A stretch of DNA of 64,000 bases, from contig NW_024704743.1 of the NCBI RefSeq assembly GCF_018977255.1, forward strand, positions 108,068,001 through 108,132,000, read 5' to 3'. The position numbers and the translations under genes were made by a program. Positions 12,850 to 23,577 of the stretch are shown here, piece by piece. Each line of letters starts with the position of its first letter. Position 1 is the first letter of the stretch. Source of the stretch: Callorhinchus milii (Eukaryota). Under the pieces are notes generated by a model. The model searched no databases. It was not told the origin of the DNA and saw nothing but the letters and a program-made list of their open reading frames with translations.

Positions 12850-14671
12850 ACTCAGCCACCAATGGTGGCATGGAGGAGACAGGGGACTGAGCAACAGAAG
12901 CTCAGGATTTTGGAAGTGACTCAATAATAGCTTAGGATTCTGACATTCCTAACTTTGCTTTGCAGTGTCAAGCCAAAGGCACAGAGGAGATACAGCTACA
13001 TTCAGAGTGCATGCAACACCTCAACTAAATTGTTTCATTCAAGTTTTTTTTAGCTAAGATTCAGAGAAAATATTTTTTTTTGCTGGTTGACTTTCACCCC
13101 AAAAGTGGGTATTTATGGATGAAAGTTGGTTGACTTCAATGAACTTTAAATTAACCATCTAAAGGAACAGTAATGACAGTGATTGCAATCTGCTGCTTCC
13201 TGGGGTGCAAATACATATGAAATGTAATAACTAATTGCACCGCATCAGCAATAGATATCAGAGGCTCAGGCTTTGGAAGCGACTCAGTGATAGCAGGTTT
13301 AGGATTCTGACATTCCTAACTTTGCTTCAGAGTGTTAAACCATTGAGAAAACCAAAGGCACAGACGAAAAATCTTACCAGAAGCACTTTCAAATGAGATG
13401 ATTAATGTTAATTTAAGTATGCAGAACTGTGCGCAGTGCCATGCCCCCACCCACCCCAAAACAGAATTGATTTGTCACATCTTGCCACAAGGGATTATGC
13501 TTTGTGTCAGCTCCACAGTAAGGGATACAGATCAAATGGAGGCCCCGATCATTATAAAAACAAATTAAAATAATCCAGGAATGCTTAAATGAATGGGATA
13601 CTAATAGATGGAAACATCTTCCTTTGAGCCGGTGATTCTCGGAAACTTCAAAATTATCTCATGCCTCCAGCTCCCCGAGTGAGCTAAATGCCATTTCCTG
13701 AGAACTTCTGTATAAATTCATGGCAAATCCAAGTTATGATTTATTCATAACTATAATTATAAAGTGTCATTTTGAAACATGAATGTCTGAAGAGGCTCAC
13801 AGTCAGATCACCTTCTAAATGAACATTTAGTACATGTTAATATGCAGAACCTTTGTAATTTAGTGTCAAATAAAAAGTTTGTAATATTGCATTTTTTTTA
13901 AAAAAAAGAATGATCACAAGTGCTTGATTTGCTTGTGGTTCGGAGTTTTGAACCTTTGTGCTGGCTCTGCCAAACCAGCTCACAACCTGTGGAATGGGGT
14001 GGTGTGAGTTTATAGTTCCTTCCCCCACCCCCTTCAGGGTACATTATGTCAGTAAATTGTCAGTAAATGGATGGGTTTGAAATTCCTACCACATAAAATC
14101 AGTTCAGTAGTACCATATGAATATTAGATGTTCAGAAAGATCACTCCATTGACACTAGCTGGGAAAATTAATGTACTCCGCAACTAGACCGCAGGGGATT
14201 GGAATTCTTCCTTCTTGGAAAATGGATGAGTGCCAGGAACCAGACAGTCAGAATACAAATTCCTCCTGACAGAATGCCAGGTAAAAGAAGTAATAATAAT
14301 TGTTCTTTTTTCTCCCATCCCCGCCCCCACCCATCCCAGTGCTGTTCTGTAGATGAGAGAGCAGCCAGTCTAATCTCAGGCCTTCACCAGCCCGCTCTCT
14401 AAATTGGCCAAAGCAAGATTTGTAAAAATAGTCTGCAAAGGACTTGCTCTGCTTTCTGCTTCACAGGGAGGCGTTTAATGGTTACTTCATGCTCCTGCAC
14501 CGAAACATTTCTGAGACTAACAACTCAGCAACGTGTGGGAACGAACTAGTGTGCCCCACCCTCACTGCCACAGTGTTTCTTATTGCTGTCCCAACATGCT
14601 GGTTTTGCATACATAAGCAATAACGTGTAAGCTTATACCTTTGTCAATTCCTGACAAGTTATAATAATCAG

Positions 14672-15447
14672 AATAATAGGAATCTTTACATTTGGTATTG
14701 CATCTATCACGTCGAAGGACATCCCAAAGCGCTTCACAGGATACATTGTAAGTTGCATTGACTGTGTGTTTTGTGGTCAAATACAGTAAACAATTTGAGC
14801 ACAACAAACAACCATGAAGTGAATGACCAATTCTATTTGGGAAAATTGTTGGCCTGTTTCTGAATAGTGCCATGGGATTTTTAACGTCCACCTGAACAGA
14901 CAAATGAAGCCTCGATTTAATATCTCATCTAAAGGACAGGAACTCCAGCAATACAGCATACCCCCAGCATTGCATTATGTGGGAAACTGTAGCTCAGTGG
15001 TTAGAGCACTCGCTTCGCAATCGAAAGACCTGGGTTTGATTTCCAGCAGGGCCAAATGTTAGGCAAGTTTCCTTACTAAACATGCCTCTGTTTACCTAGC
15101 ATTAAGTAGGAACCGGTTGTTAGTCGATTGTGGGATCGGTTTTCCATGGTTAATAATTCCTTTTAAAAAAATAATAAATTGATCACTCAATCCACGACAG
15201 TTTGCAGGACACTGCTGTGCACAATTGGCTGCTGTGTTTCGCCCACAAAATATACAGTCAATTCATTTTACAGTATATTCTGCGAAGCACTTTGAGGTGT
15301 CTCGGAGATGTGATAAGGTGCTACATGAAATGCAAGGATTATTATTATTGTTATAACCTAAATTAATGGGTTCCAACTCCCGATGTGGGGCTTGAACCCA
15401 CAACCTTCCAACTCAGAAGCGAGAAAGCTATCAACTGAGCCAGGCTG
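14672..15447 (-). mobile_element. Deu-domain SINE split by a younger SINE
   Basis: Tail and Deu core at 14672-14975; tRNA head (gcttgaacccacaacctt...ctgagcc) resumes at 15353-15447. Confidence 0.8.
14981..15352 (+). mobile_element. Full-length tRNA(Ala-like) SINE nested in Deu SINE
   Basis: tgtagctcagtggttagagc A-box, gggtttgatttcc B-box, tail aaatgcaaggatt(att)n. Confidence 0.9.
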
Positions 15448-16239
15448 TTATGTACAACAAGGACAAATATGGAGAAGAGCAATTATCGCCAGGTTGCATT
15501 GGCCCATCATTACCTACACAACCAACCCAAATAATCCATGTTGGGCAAAAATTGTTTTGAATTTGCTGGAAATTACCTAATAACTGAATTCAACACATTT
15601 TATAGCCTACAATAACAATTACATTGCTTCTGTCTCAATTTGATAAAGTAATAGCAGTAAAATGCTGTTTAAGTTTTCAGTTGCTGCAAAAATAATGGAT
15701 ATTAGGATAGGATGTAAACTGAAGATTGACTGTATGTGGGAAAGGCTCACAGTGTAAAATGCTTATCCCACGTTTGAGTCCCACAGTGTTTGTTTCATGT
15801 TTTGTGTATGTGCTTGCTCTCCACTGTCATGAGACAGGGAGGTCTTATTCCACAGCCAGAACTTTCACAGCAATCCAGGTGCAACCCGACCATGGTGCCA
15901 TAGGTAACAGAGCTTGCAACATAGAAGCAGATGAACGCATAGGCCTACAGGGCTCATGCCCAGGGCACTGTGCGAGGGGCCCTCCCTGAATGTGCGTGGT
16001 GTCCAGGGCCTCAAGTGTTCTTAATGCACCTCTACTGCAAAGCAAAACAATATATGATTTTGAGGCTTTTTTTTACCATATTAATTAATTTTCAAAGGAA
16101 AGTTAATGCTGGAAACCTGCCATATCCAGCAGGCTGTTTAACTTAACCAAAAAACAGGTGTGCACAAAGAAACACTTGGAAGTGTTTTGGAAGCTTACCA
16201 CTCGGATGATTGATTATGAACTGGTATTTAAATACCCTA

Positions 16240-16450
16240 ACATCTGGAACTCCCTACCTCAATCCTCCACTTCGCCTCCCTCTTTATTTATCTTAAATCC
16301 CACTTTAAGACCTATTTCTTTGACTGCTCTTATGATCATCTCCCCCTTCCCCTTCAACCTGGCTAGAGGTCTAACCCCCACCTCACTGTGCAGTATTCCG
16401 AGACGCTGCTCTGTGTGAAGGGTGCTGTATAAATGCATGTTGTTGTTGTA
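16240..16450 (+). mobile_element. Old L2 3' fragment
   Basis: tctggaactccctacc...gggtgctgtataaatgcatg(ttg)n. Confidence 0.7.
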
Positions 16451-17012
16451 ATTGATGTTGCTGAATGGAACCATTCAAAGTTTAACCCAGGCAGATTAAT
16501 TCTGGATTAAACTGAAAATTTACTGATGTAAATTGTTAAATAAAAAGTGGTGAGTGATAACTGATCATTGAAACTATAGTAACTCAATCCTGAATAATGC
16601 TTCAAGGTGTTCACCGAACATACCGAGCATGAATCAGAGAAATAGTGTGCTTATTTTACAATGGATTACTTACAATGGATCAAAGTGAGGATGATCCTAT
16701 ATTAAAAAAATTCTAAAAAAATTCCATGGTTTTAGTCTTAGGTTTGCTGTATTAAAATTTAAGATCATGCAGTTTTTAAAACTTCTTAACCTAGGTCTTA
16801 AATTGGAATTGATTTTCATCAGTAATTCTTTTTATGAATAACAAAAAAAGAGTTTCCTGTAAATTAAGAGCAAATATAAGAATTTTCCAAAATTCTGCCT
16901 GATCTTAACTTTTAAGACTTAAGCATTCACCCTGCAGCACACAAGAAGTAACATCCGTGGCAACTTGATGACCCGAAATTTGGCCATGTTTTAACACAGG
17001 AAGCCAGCTAGT

Positions 17013-17565
17013 CAACAACAACAAAATTACATTTGTATAGCACCTTTCACATCGGGAGAATGTCTCAAGGCGCTGGACAATCATTGTCTCGGACCCAAGC
17101 TGGGGTTTGGGATCAAGAGGGTGGAGGACAGTGGGGGAAGGAAAGTGATCGAAGGCACGGTCGAAGAGGAGGGTCTTGAGATGGGTCTTGAAAGAGACAA
17201 GGGAGGGGGCGAGGTGGAAGGACGTGTGATGAAGTTCCAGAGGGCTGAAGGTCCGCCCTCCAATGGTGGGGTGGGTGAAGCAGGGCAGAGCCCGCTGAGC
17301 AGAGAGAATGGGCAGGTTGGTAGGAGGTTAGGAGGTCGTAGAGCTAGGGGACAGCAAGGCCATGAAGGACTTTGAAAGTGAGGACCAGTATCTTGAATTG
17401 TATCCTCCGTGTGATGGAAAGCCAGTGCAATTGGGTGAGGATGGGTGATAGGTCGCAGAGCCTGGTGCGGGAGAGGACACGGGCTGCAGAGTTCTGGATG
17501 ATCTGAAACCTATGGAGGGAGGAGTTGGGGAGGCAGACAAGCTGGGAGTTTGCATAGTCAATACT
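17013..17565 (-). mobile_element. L2 3' fragment with internal deletions
   Basis: (caa)n tail, aaggcgctggaca, similarity to 23578-24130. Confidence 0.88.
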
Positions 17566-17704
17566 GGAAGCTGAGTGTTAGTGCAGATCCATAGGGCACT
17601 AGAGGAGGGGCTGGGGTGGGAGGTAGAATGGGGTTCCCTTTAATCGAATGTAGGATGCCACTGTGCATTTTGACCACAGGATAAGTTTCTTTTCTGCACT
17701 CAGG

Positions 17705-17737
17705 TGCAATATGCAACCAGTTCCTCTAGAGGGCGGT
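17705..17737 (+). promoter_or_regulatory. Candidate CTCF site (core plus upstream module)
   Basis: CCTCTAGAGGGCGG at 17723-17736 fits CCWSYAGRKGGCRS; TGCAAT begins 18 nt upstream. Confidence 0.55.
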
Positions 17738-18649
17738 AAAGAATTACTACATTGATCAAGAATTACTTTGCCTTTTGAGACTCAGGGTACTTAGTGATAT
17801 GGTTTATATTTTATATAGCATCTTATCACATATTGAGACATCTAAAAGCGTTTCAAAAGAATTACTGTAAAGCCTAGTGCCTGTTTATTGTGAGGCAAAT
17901 GTACCAGCCAATTTCTGCACAGCAATGTCCAACAAACAGTCATTCTCAATTGCACCTGGAGGACTAAAGCTCCCTTTACACTGAATTCAGCAAATTATGT
18001 GGGATTAGTCAAAATAGGGGTGATTTAATAATGCTGATAACAGTGGTACGGGCTTGAGGGTCCGAATGGCTTGCTTGTGTGCTGCAAATTTCTGTGTTTT
18101 CACACCGTTTTACAGGGGGCAAAAGTCTTTGTTTAATAATAATCCTTGCATTTAATATAATAATAATCTTGCATTTGACATAGGGCCTCATCACGTCTTC
18201 GAGATGTCTCAAAGCGCTTCACAGAATATACTATTAAGTGTATTGACTATATATTTATATATATAGAGTGCCTTATCATGTTATTGAGACATCTCAAAGG
18301 GCTTCACAGGTTTGCTGCAAATGCAAAGTGACACAAACAGCTATGACTAATTTTATCAGGGTATTGGTGGCCAGGACACTGAGAGAAACTATCTTTTCTG
18401 AGTTGCAGTACGAAAAAAATATGTTTTATGAACATATGTATCATTCTGATATAAAATGTTTGCTGATAATTGTAATGTGGAGAGTAGGGACAGCATTGGA
18501 GAATTGGTGAGAACAGATATTCAATAGGCTACAATGATTTCCATGCTGCTGGGAAGTGGGAGAGGGGTGGGGGTGCCTGTAAGTGCAAGTTGTTGTTGTT
18601 GTGCCCTTCCAGAGCATTGAGCGGAAACAGGCAATGAGCCAGCAAAACG

Positions 18650-19563
18650 ACACAAAGTTAGTAGGTGGTAAACAGTGAAAAGGATAGTAGCCAACTGCAG
18701 GAAGACATAGACAGAATGGTAAAATGGGTAGACACATGGCAGATGAGTTTCAATGTGGAGAAATGCAAGGTAATGCATTTTGGTAGAAAGAATGAGGGCA
18801 GGCAATATAGGCTGGTAATACAATCTTAAGGCGGGTAAAAGAGCAGAAAGACGTGGGGGTTCAGGTAAATGAATCCTTGAAGGTGGCAGGACAGGTAGAT
18901 AAAGCTGTAAAAAGGGCATATAGGATATTAGGCTTCATAAATAGGGGCATAGAGTACAAGAGTCAGGAGGTTATGATTAACCTATATAAAACACTGGTTA
19001 GGCCTCAGTTAGAATACTGCGCCCAGTTCTGGGCACCACACTAGAGGAAGGATGTCAAGGCATCGGAAAGGGTGAAGAGGAGATTTACAAGAATGGTACC
19101 AGGAATGAGGGACCTTGATTATGAGGAAAAACTAGAAAGGCTGGGATTATTCTCAATGGAGCAGAGAAGGTTACGAGGAGACCTAATAGAGGATTTCAAA
19201 ATCATGAGGGGATTTGATAGGTTAGAAAGGGAAAAACTGTTTCCACTGGTGAGTGTGTTGGTGACTCGAGGTCACAGATTTAAAATAGTCTCTAAAAGAA
19301 GCAGAGGGGAGGTGAGAAGAAATTTTTTCACGCAGTGAGTTGTTTGAATCTGGAACACATTGCCTGAAAGGGTGGTGGAGGCCGATTCAATAACAACTTT
19401 TAAAAACGTGGTGGATGGGTATTTGAGGAGGACGGGTTTGCAGGGTTATGGGGAAAGGGCTGGGGAGTGGGATTGACATTACATTGCTCTTTTCAAAGAG
19501 CCGGCACAAACTCGATGGGCCGAATGGCCTCTTTTTGTACTGCACGATTCTATGATTCTATGA
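18650..19563 (+). mobile_element. CR1 LINE 3' part
   Basis: ORFs YKTLVRPQLEYCAQFWAPH and RRFTRMVPG...RRLRGDLIE...TRGHRFK; tail gattctatgattctatga. Confidence 0.93.
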
Positions 19564-20494
19564 AAACTCCTTTGGTTTATCAATTAAGTCATTTAAAATT
19601 CTTTCAATGAGGGTCATGTCATCACTGAATAAGGTGAACAGTAGAATATAATGCAATGGAATTACAGTACAAATTGGATGCCGTGTTTGCCTACAAATGC
19701 ATGCTCACTACACATCATGGTGAAGTGCTTTGAGATGATAAGGAGCTATAAATAATGCAAGGATTATTATTACTACAATATAGTAAAAAAACTGAGTCTG
19801 TGATCACGTCATCTGTTATAAAAAGGTATTTTTCCCCTTAAAGTACGGATATTTAGAAGACCAAAGTTGGTCTTATGTTGGACCAATAGTTGAACAGATT
19901 TAATGAATTTCAACTGATTTGCAACACACTTTACAAAAAGAAACTTAAGACAACAATTTTGTCAGTTAAGAGCAAAGAAATCATGGAAATAAATTACTTA
20001 TTTTGGTCCTTAAATACATATATAAGGTACTCTATATAGATGCTTTGTTTTAAAAAATATTTTTGACAAGATGTGTCAGGGATACAGTATGTTGAGGTCC
20101 GGCTTCACAGGGCTACAGTGAACTGATTGATGCACAATGGAGAAAATACCAGCAATGTCATTAATCATTTCATCAATGTTCCACGGCATTTTCTTCATAG
20201 AGCTCCCAGAAACTGACTGCGAATGCTGTTTGAGCTCCTCAGCAGATCGCTTCCTTGTAATAGAGAGTAACTCATGTCAGCAACAAAAAAATCAAACCCA
20301 CTCCTGTCAAAGAGAACTTTTATTCTTTGTGACAGGAGCAGAAAAGAACTTATATTTTGTTCAGGCCATTATATTTTGTAAAAGCTATATTCCCCTTTAA
20401 ATAAGCCAACTCCATTCAACCGTTCTGTATGAGCTGGTACAGGACTGAAAGGTAACTGTAAAGTCTAATCTGCAGGTGCAGAGAGCAGTCAATA

Positions 20495-20785
20495 AATGGG
20501 AAGCTAGCATTTATTACAAGAGATCTGGAATATAAAAGCAAGGATGTACTTGTCTGGTTATATCGTGCTCATTTGTAATACTGTGTTCAGCTTTGGACAC
20601 CCAATTTTGGCAGCATATTCAAATAGTCTTGGAAGGTGTCCAGCAATAGTTCACTAGACTAATACCTGAACTGAAGCTGCTTGGCTAAGATGAGAAGTTT
20701 GGTAGACTGGGATTATATATTCCTTTCAGCAGAGAAAGTTGAGAGTGATTTGATTGAGGTATATAAAGTAATTAAAGGATCTGAG
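20495..20785 (+). mobile_element. Old CR1 fragment
   Basis: aatactgtgttcagctttggacacc, ttcactagactaatacctg, gatttgattgaggtatataa. Confidence 0.7.
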
Positions 20786-20789
20786 ATGA

Positions 20790-20980
20790 CTCTAGTGAAG
20801 GGATGCATTCTGAGTTTGTCCCACAAATTGCCATGAAATTAATACCAATTTTATTTTGGGAGATTGTTGGCCAGAACACCAGGAGAAACTCCTTTCTTTT
20901 CAAAAACTGTCAGTCAAATTCTTTTCAAATAAAGTCTGCCTGAACATGCAGACAAGGCCTCGGTTTAAAGTCTTGTTCAA
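20790..20980 (-). mobile_element. Deu-domain SINE fragment
   Basis: ttggccagaacaccaggagaaactc...aggcctcggtttaa. Confidence 0.65.
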
Positions 20981-22394
20981 TATTCATCTCCATTCAATAG
21001 CTTTAGGTGATAGTGCTCTAAATATGTGAAAATAGTGTTAGATTTTAATAATTTATCCGCATGTTTACGAATCTATTTTCTTCTGCGATACACTGGCACT
21101 GAAGATATAAATATTCAAACCAGCAGTTCTGGGAGAAACTGGCAATGGAAGTGTGTTCCTGTTACTGATATGGAGCAAGATGGCCAGGACTCACATCACT
21201 TATTTATTTTCTTATAAATATCTAGACTTGCAAAAAACATAGGGAGGTAGAATCTGATGATAACTCTTTAAAGCTTCTGAAGGAAGATAACAGAAACGTT
21301 TAATGTTATAACTTCATAAACTAGGGCTCCTTAGCCTTGAAAAGAGGCATCTCAAAGGCATGCCTCATAGATGTTGGGAAGATGCTAAATCATCAGTGGT
21401 TTGGCTGAATTTTTTAGATCTGTGAGCAAACTATTTCCAAGAAATACAGTATTTACAACAATCACTTTTCACTCAATGAATGAATGATTCGCACACCATT
21501 ATTCGATTTATTTATTTAACTTCTGTTCAACTTAAAGAGATCATAAAATATTTGAAAAGGTTCCACTGACTGTACAGCTTAACGATGCTGACTGTATTTA
21601 ATAAGACTTGCTAAGTGTTCAGTCTTGCACTGTCCTTCCTCAGTATTTTAACAATGTACACAAGATCCTGCACTGTTAGAATGTCAAGTGGGTATTTTAA
21701 GATGAGGTTATTTATAATAACATAATAATAAATAATCTTTGCTTTTGATATAGCGCCTTATCATGTTTTAAAGTTTTAAAGTTTTAAAATGTTGAAGTTG
21801 TGGAATGTTGGAAGAGACTACAGAATGCTGTAATAGTGTCATTTTTAAAAAAAAACTCTTGTAACAAATGATGGGAAAATGGTAGAAAAGTGTAATTTAC
21901 AACCTGCATAAATGTGCTAGAATTTGTAACCAAAAGCTTTTAGGATCCAGCAACCATAGTAACACGGGCTAATTGCTTTACTGAGAAAAACAGACAATTA
22001 AGGCAGGGAGATGTGTCACAAAAGAGTTTGCGATCAGAGTGAAAGCCTGATTTTTGACCTTTTAGTTGCTACAGTTAGTAGTGATCTCTCTTGTATGAAG
22101 GGTATAACTCACAGTTACAGCAAGTGTTTCCTTCACTAGCATACAACAGCATTAAGGGAGAATCAGTTTGGAATAAAGTTTTTTTTATTAACCTCCAGCT
22201 CACTTTAATTACTATGCCCATATGCCACACTTTTACTGATGTGTCAGGATATCTTTTTAATACTGCTTTCATATGGCTAATAGGAGAGGTGATTCTTCCA
22301 AGCTGACATGAATGGGACAATCATTGTCAAAGATTAGGTTGAAAGAGACCTACGGGTGTCAGTTGACTTGTCAATCACCATGTCAACAAGGTTG

Positions 22395-22925
22395 AAGCAG
22401 CAATTAACAAAAGGATCTTGGCCTCCCTTGTCAGTCAGTTGAGTTCAGGTGCCCAGAAGTCATGTTCAAGCTGTAAAGTGATCTTCAGACTTTGATCAGC
22501 CCACACCTGGAGGAATTCAACATACAAGGGAGCATAGGTGATAAAAGCAGTCCAGAAAAATAAGATTGACCCCCAGTGTTCAAGGAAAAGAACTATCGTA
22601 TGAAGAATGACTTCTCAGTCTTGAAAATAGGACTTCACAGAAGACCGTGAGATGCAAAATAAACCCAGAATGAGAGTTTCAGAGATCTAAAGTCAGCAGA
22701 ACATGGGATTACAGATTCAGGGTTGTACAGGTCAAATTTATGACAGACAGCAGGAAGAATGCCTTTACCCATAGGATAAGTAATGACTTGGAATGGGTTA
22801 CCAGGAAAGATGGTTGAGATCAGGACACTGAACTTGATACTGTGATTGGAAGATGACAGAGTTCTTATTATGGAAGTATTGGATCAAATGAGCCTTGTTC
22901 ATCTAAATATCTCTTTTGATTGTGT
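22395..22925 (+). mobile_element. Very old CR1 fragment
   Basis: cagcccacacctggag, gcagtccagaaaa, tggaatgggttaccag, ggatcaaatgagcctt. Confidence 0.55.
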
Positions 22926-22989
22926 GATGGTTCTGTAGGTAGAAGATTTATTGCTGTGGAATGAATACCTAAATTAGATCCCATATGAG

Positions 22990-23382
22990 TTCACCTTTTA
23001 GGTGGATGTTAAAGATCTCATGGCACTATTTACAAAGAGAAGAGAGTTTCTCCTGGTGTCCTGGCCAGGAGATAAAATTAGTTATTCATGACCGAAGACC
23101 TTCCTTTTTGACCGTTCTGACAATCACCTCCTCCCTACCCAGCTCAGTGTCAGGCTCCACCACTGTTAAGCACTCCAAGATGCTGCACCGTGTGAATGAC
23201 ACTATATAAATCAAGTTGTTACTATTATTGTCATTCTGTTGGTAGAACATTGCTGGGTCAAATTGGCTGCTGTGTTTGAGTACAAACCCTCAGTCATCAT
23301 ACTTTTAAATAAATCCTGTAAAGCACTTTAATATGGTTGATGACATGATAAGGCACTGTATTAAATGTAAGGATTATTATTT
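22990..23382 (+). mobile_element. Deu-domain SINE 3' part with an L2 tail fragment inside (about 23090-23230)
   Basis: aggtggatgttaaagatctcatggcactattt...tcctggtgtcctggcca; resumes at aaattggctgctg; tail aaatgtaaggattatt. Confidence 0.7.
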
Positions 23383-23577
23383 TAATGCATTGCTTCCCTT
23401 GCCTAACAAACACGCACACAAACAACCAGGATGCATTGCTCTAAAGAAATATCTTGCTCCTATCACAAATAAACCCGTTCCTACATAATCCCCACTTTCC
23501 CAGCCTTTGTTGAAGCATTGGCTATGATCCCAGAAATGTATTAAAAAGTACTCTTTATTATTTGATCAGAGTAATGA

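Noticed and set aside
14450..14625. Possible coding exon after ctttctgcttcacag
   Set aside because: Open frame has no recognisable protein similarity and no clear donor.
15921..16034. hAT-like MITE with terminal inverted repeats
   Set aside because: Only 9 of 14 positions match between the putative TIRs, and no TSD is visible.
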